Shown one piece after another: positions 52,342-64,000 of a stretch of 64,000 nucleotides of DNA. The stretch's first letter is position 1, and each line of letters opens with the position of its first letter. Position numbers and translations under genes: made by a program. This DNA comes from Camelus dromedarius (Eukaryota): the NCBI RefSeq assembly GCF_036321535.1, contig NC_087437.1, forward strand, positions 13,518,001 through 13,582,000, read 5' to 3'. The notes under the pieces are model-generated. The model ran no database searches. It worked only from the letters and a program-made list of their open reading frames with translations, and was not told the DNA's origin.

Positions 52342-52953
52342 TGTCAAAGCCAGGCATTCACGCTCTGATTCTTGAGCTCTTCCAGAAACCTCTGACCAAG
52401 GCATCTTAAATGTTCCCCTCAGCATGACTAAACTTTAGACAAGTTCCTTCCTGATTAGAGGCTCCTGACCTCTCTTAGAGCATTTGCTTTAGAAAATTAT
52501 AATTTTTTTCCTGCCCCTTTGAAATATATATAAATCTCCTTAGAAGCCTCTTACTAGTTTTAGGACCCAGGAAATATTTTTCTCAAGGACCTGGGAGCCA
52601 TCTCTTTACAATGTATAATTCTAAGGAGATAGCTCCCTACCTTCCAGTCCTTGTGGGAGGATAGGAACCAAACTTCTGTGGGTGCCTTGCTCCAAGCTTT
52701 AAAACTGCCTCCTCTTATGAAGATAAGAGAAAGTTTACTTTGCTTTTGGGTAAAGCCAGTTGGAAAACACAGATAGTTATGATTTTCCCATCCCAGCTCT
52801 TAAATCACCATCCCCCCAGGGAAATGTCTGTGAGCTCATGTTTGACACCTGCAACATCTCCCTCTCCAGCTGGAGTCTCTCTCTCCCTTGTTGCAATAGT
52901 CTTGAATAAAATCTTCTTTGCCTGTTTAACTTTTTCCAGTGCAGTTCTTGACA
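52342..52953 (+). mobile_element. ERV1-like solo LTR (family tentative, MER89/MER90-like)
   Basis: Inverted termini TGTCAA...TTGACA, AATAAA at 52905-52910, motifs GACTAAACTTTAGACA and TCTCAAGGACCTGGGAGCCATCTCTTT. Confidence 0.75.
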
Positions 52954-53318
52954 TCTCCTTGCTTTCTCCTGGGTTCACCCTTATATTTATGAATCATCTA
53001 TGTTTTTAACAAAGAGAAATAGGATTCTCAGTTGGTTCCTTTATCTCCTTGGGAAGCTGGGAAAGATCACTTAGGTGAATGCTCAGAAAGGGCTTCCCTA
53101 GAGCAACTTGCACTTGGTAAAACAAGTTTCCTTTATTCTCAAAAAGCTTCCAATTCAGTAACCAGTGTTAGGTTTCATTCTATTTTCTCTCTCCTTTTGC
53201 TTCTCTCTTCTCTCTCTACAAACACCACACACACACACACACACGCATACATCTATCTCATTTGAAAGAAGACACATCCTTCTCATTTATTTAGGAAAGA
53301 AACTCCAAGCCTGGAATA

Positions 53319-53749
53319 TGTGACAACAATCAGATCTCCCTGCAGTGAAGGACTTGTCACCCATCTCCTGAGAGAGCAGTTGGTGGAAAGCTGTCAGCTG
53401 CTGTTTCCTTCAGCAATTGCCTCTCTGCAAGAGTGTTCTTGCCTAAGACCCCTGGCCCATCAGACACAGAGCACCCTTACTCAGTGACTGACAGGTGCAG
53501 GAGTAGAAAGACCTTGGGGTCTTGGCCCAACTCAGGACAATTCTTCAGCATAACCTTCCAGCTCCAGAGCTCCCATGGAATCAGCCAAAACTGTCACAGG
53601 GCCTGCATCGTAGTTCAGCTTCTCCTTCTGCCCCGTCCTACTTTCTCCCCATTCTTCCGTCAGTGTTGATCCCAAGAATGCCTCATAATAAACATTCTGC
53701 CCACTGAACCATCTGAGAATCTGCTTTCCAGGAAATGCAACCTGCAACA
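53319..53749 (+). mobile_element. LTR16A-like ERVL solo LTR
   Basis: TG...CA ends; CTTGGCCCAACTCAGGACAA, CCAGCTCCAGAGCTCCC, AATAAA at 53687-53692; terminal CAACCTGCAACA. Confidence 0.75.
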
Positions 53750-55261
53750 GGGTTGTTATGAGAACCAGACCAAAGGCGTGTGAAATCCCTGCAGAATCTC
53801 TGAAGAGGGTCCGACTGAAAGGTAGAAACAATGATGGTCACCCCTTGAGGACTGTGGCAGGCACTTTAATAAATCTTATCCAAGTCCCATAAAAACTGCA
53901 AGATGGATATTTTCTCCTTTGTTTTCAAGTGAGAAAACTAAACCTCAGAGAGGTCAACAGTGTTGGCCCGGGTCACCCAGCTACTGCTAGGGGTAGCAGT
54001 TGGCCCTGCCGTCTCCGTGCTAGCCCCTCATCCTGCCGCCTCGTCACCTACCGCAGCCTCATCTTAGTTGAGACAGCTTCTCAGCCGCATGCTGTCTGTG
54101 CATTTCAGAGTCATGACTTTAAGGAACGAGAGAATTAAGATGGGATATAAAAGTGCCTTCGCTGGGGAGGGAGTATTTGACAACAACCAGTGGAAAGGTC
54201 CGCTGCCGCCTCCCCAGCAGCCCCAGGATGTGCCTCCTGCTGAGAACAGAGAAAGGTCATCAGGTCTATTAACCTCAGTGAATAACTAGGGGCCCAGATG
54301 CTCTCATCTAAAATCAAATCCTCCCCAACAGATGGTCAGGTTTAACAAGTCAGTATTGAGACTGAAGCTTCCAAACAGCTCATCTGTACAAAAGCAGAAT
54401 CAAATAGAACCAAAAAAAACTGCAGCCAACCCATTTTTCAGGGCTTAGATATTGCTCCCAAGAATCACCAGTGACTAAAAGCAGCACGTCTCACCGAGGC
54501 CAGTGTCCACGAGGCAGACCGGATTGTTCTATTATCTGTTTAAAGGAGGCCTGGCTTGGTGACCAGGAAACTGTCTGATGTGAGACCATCCTCCAGGAGG
54601 AAATACTTCAGTCTTGAACGATGCTTTTCAGGCAACTGTCATGAGCCAAGCACTGACTCTGTGTCTGGGGGCACCAGGTAAGGGAGAGACTATGCTTTCC
54701 ATTAAGGAGGCCATGGGCCAGTGAGGATTAATAGCCAAGTAAATGAGCAATTTAATAGTCATGAGCTTAAAAGGGAGTCTAGGGATGAGCAATGGGCATG
54801 GTGGGAGAGCAGACAAGCCATCTCCTAAGGCACTTTCTTCTATCGAGATCCACTTCCCAGAGAAGGAAGCGGAGAGACTGAGACTTGAAGGATGAGTAGA
54901 AGTTAGCCAGGAAGGGTTTGAAAGGGAAGGAGAACTCATGACAGACAGAAGCAATTGTCTTGCAGAGCCTTAAAAAAAGAATAACGTATCTGGGACAGTC
55001 TGCGTTTGTTTGGGACAAAGTTTTTGAATATTATTGAAAAATGAAAAACACCAAATACTACAATGTACTATTTTATATACTTTATGAAGCGTGATGGTTC
55101 TATACAACATTCACTCATTCAACAGGTGTTTATTGAGCTCCCACTAAGTACCAGGCACTGTTCTAGACCCGTGGCCGCCATCACCATTAAGGCGAGCTGC
55201 CCCTGGCATTAACAAGGTTTGTACTGAGTGTCTGCCTTATCGAATATTAGGTGGGACAGAG

Positions 55262-55431
55262 CCATGGTTTTCACTTGGGATGGAATATTTGAATCACTTG
55301 GGAAGCTTTTAAAAATCTTAATGTCAATACCACACGCTACCAATTAAATCTGAATCTCTTGGGAAGAAACACAAGAACCAGTACCTAAATCTCAGGCAAT
55401 TCTAATGTGCAGCCAAGTTTAAGCACCAGTG
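55262..55431. mobile_element. MER5-like hAT MITE
   Basis: GAATCACTTGGGAAGCTTTTAAAAAT, CCAATTAAATCTGAATCTCT, ATTCTAATGTGCAGCCAAGTTTAAGCACCAGTG. Confidence 0.75.
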
Positions 55432-55439
55432 GTCTGGAG

Positions 55440-55587
55440 CAGTGATCCTCAAAGTTTTTTAGCAGGTGTCAAAATTATAGAGGCCTTAATTCAGTAGGTG
55501 AGTGGGGCTCAAACACCTGCATTTCTAACAAGTTTACAGGCAATGTTCATGCCGCTTGGTCCAGGGACTACACTTTGAGAATCAATG
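55440..55587. mobile_element. MER5A-like hAT MITE
   Basis: CAGTGATCCTCAAAGT, TGCATTTCTAACAAGTT, GGTCCAGGGACTACACTTTGAGAATCAATG. Confidence 0.8.
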
Positions 55588-56737
55588 AGCTAGAGTATAG
55601 GAACTTAATTTGTAGCTATTTATCTCACCAATAAAGATACCTTCCTAATTAATCTACACGTTAGTGATAACTCTCTTCTTTAGTGACTGATTCCCCTTTT
55701 TAAGTCCATTTTCTTCCAAGAAGGGGATGAGGACAAGAACTTGAAAAGAATTGTTGATTTTTACATTAAGAGTAAAATTTTCTTTGCTAGGAGAGGAAAG
55801 TACCATGATGGGACAAAGGAGACAGGGTTTTTCTAGTCTTGCAACAAGATACAGAGTTTAGGAGCAGGGATCCTGGAGCTTCATCTCTGCCAACCAACAG
55901 CTTTGTGATCTCCAATAAGTTGTGTACCTCCTCTGTGTCTCAAGTTCTTCTTAAGCCATGAGGATTGAAAATACCAGTGAAGTGCTTAGAAAAGAGCCTG
56001 GCACGTGGCAAGAGTTATAAAAGCTATTACTATGCTTCTGAAATCAGTCCAATACTCTTCTTTATTAGTTCATGATAATATTGCAAACTATAGACATCCT
56101 CCTTTCTTTCTTAATGCTCCGTGGCTTAGATATCAGCTACATCTTCCAAAGATCATCTCAATGTGACAGTATATCCAATGAAAAAACAAAACCCTTGCTG
56201 AATACCAGGTTATGAATACTAATAATCTCTCTACAGATTCAGTAGAAAATACATGGAAAAATAAAACGTAGTATCTATTCTCAAGGAACTTAATCCTGGT
56301 AGAAGAGAGAAGATAGACTTGCAAATAACAATATCCCAAAGCTGACTGTAAAAACATGGAGAAAAATGAAAGTAAATTTCTGTGGATAGAGAGGAGAGAA
56401 CATTTAGTTGTAGCAATATCAGCCCACAGCTATGGCTTCATGGGGAAAATGACAGTTGATTGGGGTCCTGAAGGTTGAATAGAAGCCCAATACACAGAGA
56501 TGGTGAAGTGAAGGGCACTCCAAGAAGGGATGGGGCGTGTGCAAAAGAATTAAGGCAAAAATAGAGCCGTCGGCATAGGATCAGTTTCTCAGCATTTGTT
56601 CTATACCTTACTTGCAAAACCAGCCCTGCCTTGGTTCCTACTCTGGCAGATGAGTAAGTTCCCTTAACAGAACAAGCCATGTATCAAAATGCTCAATTGA
56701 AATATCCTGGAAGTAAGCCTCAATGTGTTTAATATAC

Positions 56738-56963
56738 TTTTTTCTTTTTTTTTAATTGAAGTACAGTCAATTACAATGTGTCAATTTGTGGTGTAATGTC
56801 CCAGTCATGCATATATATACATATATTCATTTTCATATTCTTTGTCATTAAAGGTTATTACAAGGTATTGTATATAGTTCCCTGTGCTATACAGAAGAAA
56901 CTTGTTTTTTATCTATTTTTATATATACTGGCTAACATTTGCAAATTACAAACTCCCAAATTT
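56738..56963 (-). mobile_element. Younger L1 3' UTR tip
   Basis: T tail, then AATTGAAGTACAGTCAATTACAATGTGTCAATTT; homologous to 26543-26763. Confidence 0.88.
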
Positions 56964-57162
56964 GTATTTTAAAGTTTAATTGATTTCGTTTTAAATGTTT
57001 TAATTATTAATGACATCGTATTTTCCTAATTTTACAAGCCATTCATACCTCATTGCAGACAACTAGAAATACATAAAAACATAAAAACAACAATCACCCA
57101 TAATTCCTACCCCAGGGATAACCACCTTTAGCATTTTGATGCATTGGTTCCCAGTGTCTACA

Positions 57163-57285
57163 TTTTTTTAATTGAAATATAATTGACCTACAACGCTGTT
57201 AGTTCCAGGTGCAGAGCTTAGTGATGAAATATTTCCATACATTACAAAGTGATCACCATGGTATGTCTAGTTACCATCTGTCTCA
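57163..57285 (-). mobile_element. Short L1 3' tip (older type)
   Basis: TTTTTTAATTGAAATATAATTGACCTACAAC..TTAGTTCCAGGTG..GTGATCACCATG..TCTAGTTACCATCTGTC. Confidence 0.7.
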
Positions 57286-59011
57286 AGGTGTTTAATTTTT
57301 GTAAATAGGTTCTAGTACTTTTCCAAAGCAAATCTTAATTGATTTTCACCTCTTCTGATTGTGTATTTAGCATATTGAGAGAAAACACTGAGGCTAACTT
57401 GAATTCAAATCATGAGGCTTTCATAATTCTTGGCCACCTAGAAATTCTGACCTGGTGGGTACATGACTGTCCCATATGCTACTTTTCCTGGCGTTACGCA
57501 GCCCAGATGCATTGTCCAGAGCTGACAGAGTACTAGCTGTGTGGGGAAAAAGGAAAAAAGGGATGTAGAATATCGTGAAACTTTCATAACCCTGCCTGCT
57601 GTCTGGACCAGAGAGTTTTGTGGAGCCTCAAAACAGGCCATTGTCTACGTGAGGCGAGAGGTGGGTGATCAGAGAAAGGTCTGGGAAAAGTCAAGAGGGG
57701 CAAGAAATTATCTGTTCAGTTTTTAAAAAAAATTCAGCATCTCTCCCATCATATGATTCTCCCCTCTCTCTGTTTCTCTGATCACCTGCACACTGTCACG
57801 TCTGCTTTATTCCATTTGTTAAAAATGAGTCACCAAGTCTAGTCCACCCTCAAGGGAAGGGTAACTGTGTACTATGTCTTAAAAGGGAAATTATTAAAGA
57901 ATCTGTGAACACTTAAAAACCACCACACCAAGGTTACCTCTTTAAGAACTTCACATAAACGGAATCTTATGGGTCTGGCTTCTTTCAGTCAGCATAATGT
58001 TGTTGAAATCCATCATGTTGTTGCAGGTGTCAGTGATCTGTAGCTTTTCATCATTGGGTAGTAATCCATTATACAATTGTGCCACATTTTGTTCTCCAAC
58101 TGTGCTTGGCACTTTTTAGGAGAGGCATGTTTTGAGTAAGAAAAATGTGTGGGTTATGTAACAAATAATCCAGTGTATAAAACATAATTTTACTGCAAGG
58201 GCAATGACCTTAGGTTCCATGATCTGGAATGAGTAATATGACTGATACGGTGGCAATCAGACATCAAAAAATGTCACCTAATCAGAAATCTTTAATTCCT
58301 ATGTTCTATGCTGATCACATATGCAGAGTTCGCCTCAAGTAGCTGAATTTTCTAACTTTATACTCAAAATGTAATGAGGGGGAAAAATTGGAGAGTTTGG
58401 AGGTACACAGTTTTATAATGTACAAGATTGGGAGTAACTCAGATCAAGTCAGAAATTTTCTTTTCTATCATGAAATGTCTGGAGTTTGTTGAATGAATGA
58501 ATGTTCTTCCCAAACCAAAATTCCTTCCAGAATTAAACTAAGGGACTTAAATCATGAAGCTTTTCATGAGGAGCTTGGCTGGAGTTTGGAAGGGCTGTTT
58601 CACATGCAGGAAATACTTTTATTTCTCTCTTACATCTTCCAGAGGAATGGATTGACTATTCACAGGTCTTCACATCTGTCCAAGCTTATTCTTGCACCCA
58701 TGCTTAGAGACTCCCTGACAGACGATCTTGGCTGGTCAGAGGTGGTCACCAAAAGCTACCACAGCAACCATGCAGCCAGCAGGGGTGACAGGGCAAGGAC
58801 TCAGCGCCAGTCTCACAACAGTCCTAGACTGGAGCCCAGTGGTCTCTGGACTTCCTCCCAGGATTTAACATGGGCCAAAACATCAGCAGCTGTTGAATGA
58901 TAATGGTTATCTTGGCAGCTGTTTTCACACAGTGCGTATCACAGAGATGATGAGCTCAGTAGTTCTGAGTGTCGACTGGAAAACTCGGGAAAGTTACTCT
59001 CATGTATTTTT

Positions 59012-59561
59012 TTTAAATTGAGGTATAGTCAGGTTACAATGTTGTGTCCATTTCTGGTGTACAACACAATGCTTTAGCCATATATGAATATACATATATT
59101 CATTTTCATATTCTTTTTCACCATAAGCTACTACAAGATATTGAATGTATTTCCCTGTGCTATACAGTATAAACTTGTTTATCTATTTTATGTATACCAG
59201 TCAGTATCTGCAAATCTCGAACTCCCAGTTTATCCCTTCCCACATCCCTCCCCACTGGAAGCCACAAGTCTGTATTCTATGCCTGTGAGTCTGTTTGTTT
59301 TATGTATAAGTTCATTTTCTTTTTTTTTAGATTCCACATATAAGTGATATCATATGGTATTTTTCTTTCTCTTTCTGGCTTACTTCACTTAGAGTGACAA
59401 TCTCCAGGTCCATCCATGTTGCTGCAAATGACATTATTTTATTATTTTTTATGGCTGAGTAATATTCTGTTGTATAAATGTATGACATTTTCTTTATCTA
59501 GTCATCTGTCTATGGACATTTAGGTTTTTCCATGTCTTGGCTATTGTAACTAGTGCTGCTA
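59012..59561 (-). mobile_element. 5'-truncated younger L1 (ORF2 end plus 3' UTR)
   Basis: TSD ACTCTCATGTATTTTT (58996-59011) / ACTGTCATGTATTTTT (59562-59577), 15/16 identical. Antisense to about 30720-31300. Confidence 0.93.
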
Positions 59562-60819
59562 ACTGTCATGTATTTTTAGGCATTTAGCCTCCAGACTGTG
59601 AACCTCAAACTCAAGGATGGCAAGAATGGCCCCAGGCTTCCTTATCTATCTGATAAAAGATGGGATCAGAATCACTTGGTGGTCTCTTACAAGCTACACA
59701 GGATTGCCTATCCCCAAATTCATATGTAAAGCTCCCGGTGAGATGCGGATTACTGCCACCCTGAGTTACTTTTGTTTCCAGGAATGTGTTCTATGTTTCA
59801 CATGCAATGGGACTTGGAGGAGAAAGGAACATGAGCTGCTTTTCCAAAATGGCTTTGATTTTATTAATTAGTTATTTTACTTTTAAGTGTCAACTAATAT
59901 TAAAAGATGCTCCCTTTTATGTTTTTTTCATGGGATGAAAAATGCTGAGAACCATAGTGTTTAATACTAACATAAGAGCTACGAGAGAAAAGACAGAGAA
60001 ATTTATAAGCATTAACAGGGAATGCTGGAGAATTATCAAATAGGGAGAATTTGCCAGTTCTGGATGCCAATCTAGAAATTATCCTTCCTTCCGTAAGAAA
60101 TGTAAGGCATCCCTCCACCTCCCCCCAGTGTTTTGAATCCAATTCTCCGATGGGGCTCTCAACACAAAATCTTTCTCAAAAAGAACTGTTTATGCAACCA
60201 CTGTAAGGATGGATAACACAACAAGAAGCTGATTTATTTTTCAATAAAGTTAAATGTAAATAGAAACACTGTTAAAGCACTTAGCCAGCATTTTTAAAAC
60301 AGTATTGAAAAATTTTTTGAAAACAACCAATTTCCTTTAATTTACCAGTACTATGGGTTTGCAGTTTTGCAGATCATGTTTCAGATGCATGGTATGTCTT
60401 GACAGCACCTCATTTTTGGATACCACATCCCTTCACCCTGTAAGTGCACACAGTCCGCATGGACCGCAGACTTGAGCTGCTCTGTCATTTCCTGCCTGTA
60501 TTCGTTTCCACAACATGCCTCTTGTCTCAAATCAGCTTTCTGTCATTGAACTTCCAAATGTCCACTGTCCTCAGAGGCTCATCTAAACTAGGTGTCAGAG
60601 GAAGAATAATGAAGTATAACCCGTCTGTCCTAAGGCTTTAATTGATGATGGTCTGTTTTATTCTCTAGGCAATGTGCATTCAAGAATGACCACATTAAAT
60701 CTAAGGAGTCATTAATTGGTATAATTTAAAGGAATATGACAGAGTTAAAGGCAGATTCTCCAAAGACACTGCTTCTGCTGCTGGTTTTTTACTCAAGAGG
60801 ACATGATTGTGTGCTTGCC

Positions 60820-61221
60820 AATATGGTGGCCATGACTCCTATTCATTAATAGCAGGTTACTCTACTTCTGGGTCAACAGGATGGTTGCATGGCCTTGACC
60901 CTCCTAAGTCAGGCAACATGACCAGTGTGACTTACCCTGACCAGTGAAGTATGAATGAAAGTGAAACATATCAATTCTGGCCTTTATTTGCCAGTGCAGT
61001 TATGACCAAGAAGTTCTGGACAATGAAGTCTCCATTGGCCTGGATCTCTGAGCAAGGTAAGGGAACGCAAAGTCCCCACTAACACTCAAAGAAAATGTGG
61101 CCTGAATGTAAATTAAACCCTGTGTTTGGTTGGTTGGTTGGTTGGTTGGTTGGTTGGTTGAAGCCCATTCTATTTTGATGAGTTTTTTGTTATTACAGCA
61201 TAATTTAACCTACTCTAATGC
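60820..61221 (+). mobile_element. Old MaLR LTR (MLT1I/J-like)
   Basis: GGCCTGGATCTCTGAG, AAATTAAACC, TTTGTTATTACAGCATAA..CTACTCTAATGCA. Confidence 0.55.
61126..61160. repeat. (TTGG)8 microsatellite
   Basis: Counted directly: 8 full units plus TTG. Confidence 0.95.
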
Positions 61222-61879
61222 AATTAAATTCCAATGTGTAATTTTTTCCCCTTCACAATTCATTTAATGTTTCCTAAATTGGGACACATTAAATTCAATA
61301 TAAATATTCTTTTTGGGTGTCCCACCCATTCCTCAAAGGAAGTTATTAAATTGGCAGTTCATCCTAGAGCCCATAGTGTCTTAGAAATGGGACTAAGAAT
61401 ATAGCCAACACTCCCTTCATTTGAATATTCTTCTTTCCAATACACTTTCCTCTGTGGGCTCCAAGATCGCAGGTAAATTTTGCTTTTCCACTTTCCATGT
61501 TCTAGAAGCCCTCAAGAGTCTCAGACCTTCACCACATCCTTTCCACCTCATAGCATCCCTACTACCAGCCTTTAATATTTAATTTAGAGAAGCAGGTGGT
61601 ATAGACAGAAGCAGTTTAGTCTTCCCCCCCTTCTCTTCTGTATTCTACCTACTTCCATTATTAAATGCTATCTACACACAGTATAAAGAAGAGAATCTTC
61701 CCCCAAAAGAAGGGAATGAATGTTTGGTCAAGGATCCCCATAAGTAAGCCTTCTTTTTGATCCTTATTGAATGCCATTTTCCCATGTTTATTCCATCTGC
61801 CCACCTACACGGCCTGTTCTCCAAGGACAGAATTGTCCTATGCTTATTGGTATTCCAATAGTTTTCTACTGTGCTTTAT

Positions 61880-62005
61880 CATTATTTATTTTATATATAT
61901 ATATTTCATATATTTATATGTGTTACATATTACATATCATATATATTATATTATAAACATGCATTTTATATATTTATATATTATTTATTATTATATATTT
62001 ATTAG
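61880..62005. repeat. AT-rich low-complexity (TA-type) tract
   Basis: Degenerate TATAT/TTAT repeats. Confidence 0.85.
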
Positions 62006-62794
62006 TTAAATAAAAACTTCAGTCAGTATTTTGAGAGATACATTTTGGGCAGAATGGTTTTCTTACAAAGGGACAACTGGTCTTGTTAGGTTTTCTTACC
62101 TCCTTGTCCCTTTTCTCACCTTTTTGATTTCTTTGCCCACTCTCTCATGCCTATCCTTTTGACTCACAGACAACAAAAAAAATTTTCATTGCATGTGTTT
62201 CCTATTTGAAAGTGACATTATCTGCGTGTCCCACTCGACAGGACTTCTGTTTCATTGTTCACACAGAAATCTCACTGTCAGTAATAACCTTTGTAAAAAA
62301 GGGGACCCTCATCTAGAAACTAAATGCTCCTTTGAAAGTAACCTGTGCATTCACAGGACTCTTTGTATCCCGGGGGCATTTGTTATGTATTTGTTGTTGC
62401 CATGGGCTTTCTGATAGTGAGACTGGTCCAGCGTCAGCTGTCAGGATGAGCAAAGCCTGCTCTTCATCTGGTATTGCTGCTTCCTGCCTCTCTGTCATGA
62501 GAGGCAGCCACGTTCCTCAGTTCTGCTTTTCTTCATTCCCAGTAGCTCACATGTAGAGAACTTTTTAAGGCTATTCGCAGAGTATGACATCAACTCTGAA
62601 TAACCCTATGAAGGAAGTAAAGGAAATCATGCCAAACGAGACTAACTTCAGTTGTTTTCATGACAAACAGTGGTGCAAGGGAGGAAACATCATTCCGAGG
62701 ATATGGTTTTTCTTTAACTTCAAAGAATTCAATTATATTGCACATCAATTAAATAAGTCTGTGGAGTGGGGATAAATTAAAAATATAGGGTATA

Positions 62795-62922
62795 CATTTA
62801 TGAATATATGTATGTTCATGTATAACTGAAAAATTGTGTTCTACACTAGAAATTGACACAACATTGTAAACTGACTATAACTCAATAAAATAAAATAAAA
62901 TAAAAACAAAAACAGAAAAAAA
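62795..62922 (+). mobile_element. Younger L1 3' tip
   Basis: ATGAATATATGTATGTTCATGTATAACTGAAAAATTG.. matches 31200-31290. (TAAAA)n tail. TSD ATAGGGTATA at 62785-62794 and 62923-62932. Confidence 0.92.
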
Positions 62923-62994
62923 ATAGGGTATAAAAGAAACTTTCTTCATAATGAAGAGAACAATTTTCAGCTTGAAATAAAGAAGGTAGAGATT

Positions 62995-63400
62995 TGAGCT
63001 GTGTAAACTTGGGTTTGAATCCCAGCTCCCTTGCTGACCAGTTTTATGGTTTTGTGTAAGTTCTTTAATCCTTCTGACCTCATAGTTCTTATCAGTAAAA
63101 TGGGATTCATTCATATTTGCTTTACAGAAAAAATAATAATGTATTGTATTTCATGCAGTGTAACACATTGCACAGAACAATTCTTCAGTCATGGTAGCAT
63201 TGAGCACTGTAGAGATGGATTTATAACACAAGACAACACTCTCTCCCAGGCCAGGCACTTTATTCATATTATGTTATTTAATTCTATTAAGACTTCTATA
63301 AAGAAATGCTGTTAATATTTTATAGATGAGAAAACTCAGACTTACAGGGTACAATAACTTATCAAACATCACAGAAATGAGAAGTTGTATACTCAAGGAT
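62995..63400. mobile_element. Two MIR fragments in opposite orientation
   Basis: Plus strand TGGGTTTGAATCCCAGCTC..ATCAGTAAAATGGGAT (about 62995-63140); minus strand ATTTTATAGATGAGAAAACTCAGAC (about 63240-63400). Other MIR cores lie near 18200, 35060, 36390, 38540, 40180, 41020, 49420, 53930 and 55900. Confidence 0.7.
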
Positions 63401-64000
63401 GTTTTCTGCTGAGTAGCTGAAAACAGTGCATGCCAAACACTCACGTGCACACAAATCACCTGAAGGTTTTATTTCACTACTAATACTGACCCAGGAGGCC
63501 TGGGCCTGGCCCTGAACCCTCCCTGTCCATGGAGGACCCAGGTGATGCTGACCTGCTCCTGCAGGGACAGGACCTGTGTTCAGGGTGACTGTGGAGAAGT
63601 GATAACTAATTGTGTTTCTCCCTGCCCCAAGATTCACCTTAGAGGGGATTAAGATTACCTGAGCAATTTAATGATCTCATAGCTGCTCAGATTAACTAGC
63701 CTTCACCTCGCCTCACTCACGTTTACAGTAATGCCGACAAAATACCAACATTTGGAACTTAAGTTAGATAACGATCATTCATATTTCCAGCTGGTCAAAA
63801 CAGGTAAAGGCTACACATTTTCACAAACTTAGACACTTATAACCTCTCAATATAACTCCAAAAGACTGAACAGACAAATTGTTTTACTTTCAACTAGGTA
63901 AACACACCTCCCTTAGACACCATAGCTATTGCTGCCCATTTTTACAAGTTTGGTTTTGTGTGATTGAAATCCCCGAGAGTCCAGATTTCACACAGCAGAC

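Noticed and set aside
1638..63637. Remaining 60-135 aa ORFs in the track
   Set aside because: No recognisable domains, many start at non-ATG codons, many overlap repeats, and I see no consistent exon chain. This is what chance gives in 64 kb.
1..64000. CRISPR array, prokaryotic operon or defence system, rRNA, snRNA, mitochondrial insertion
   Set aside because: No regularly spaced repeat-spacer structure, no gene-dense region, and no recognisable rRNA, snRNA or mitochondrial sequence. The content is eutherian repeats.

Overview
This is AT-rich, CpG-poor mammalian (eutherian) non-coding DNA, either intergenic or from a deep intron. I found no protein-coding gene. Every ORF with a recognisable product is a decayed LINE-1 ORF1/ORF2 fragment or its antisense shadow. 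A tRNA-Ala(AGC)-derived SINE at 5469-5629 resembles the camelid Vic-1 family, so the host is probably a camelid (inference). The window holds layered repeats. Ancient: MIR, L2, old L1M, MaLR (MLT1) LTRs including one LTR with its internal region, LTR16-like and ERV1-like solo LTRs, and hAT MITEs (MER5, MER58). Younger: a 2.7 kb older L1, a 2.4 kb younger L1 with a perfect 15 bp target-site duplication (TSD), and nine other short copies of that younger L1 3' end. I see no evidence of a new multi-gene system. The most interesting signals concern retrotransposition mechanics: a tailless, TSD-flanked internal L1 fragment; an inverted L1 with a roughly 4 kb gap; an orphan polyadenylated insert; repeated 5' truncation at a G-quadruplex-like tract; a YADD rather than FADD RT motif; and a candidate 3' transduction. 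Family names come from remembered consensus sequences and need RepeatMasker/Dfam confirmation. Boundaries of the old repeats are approximate.
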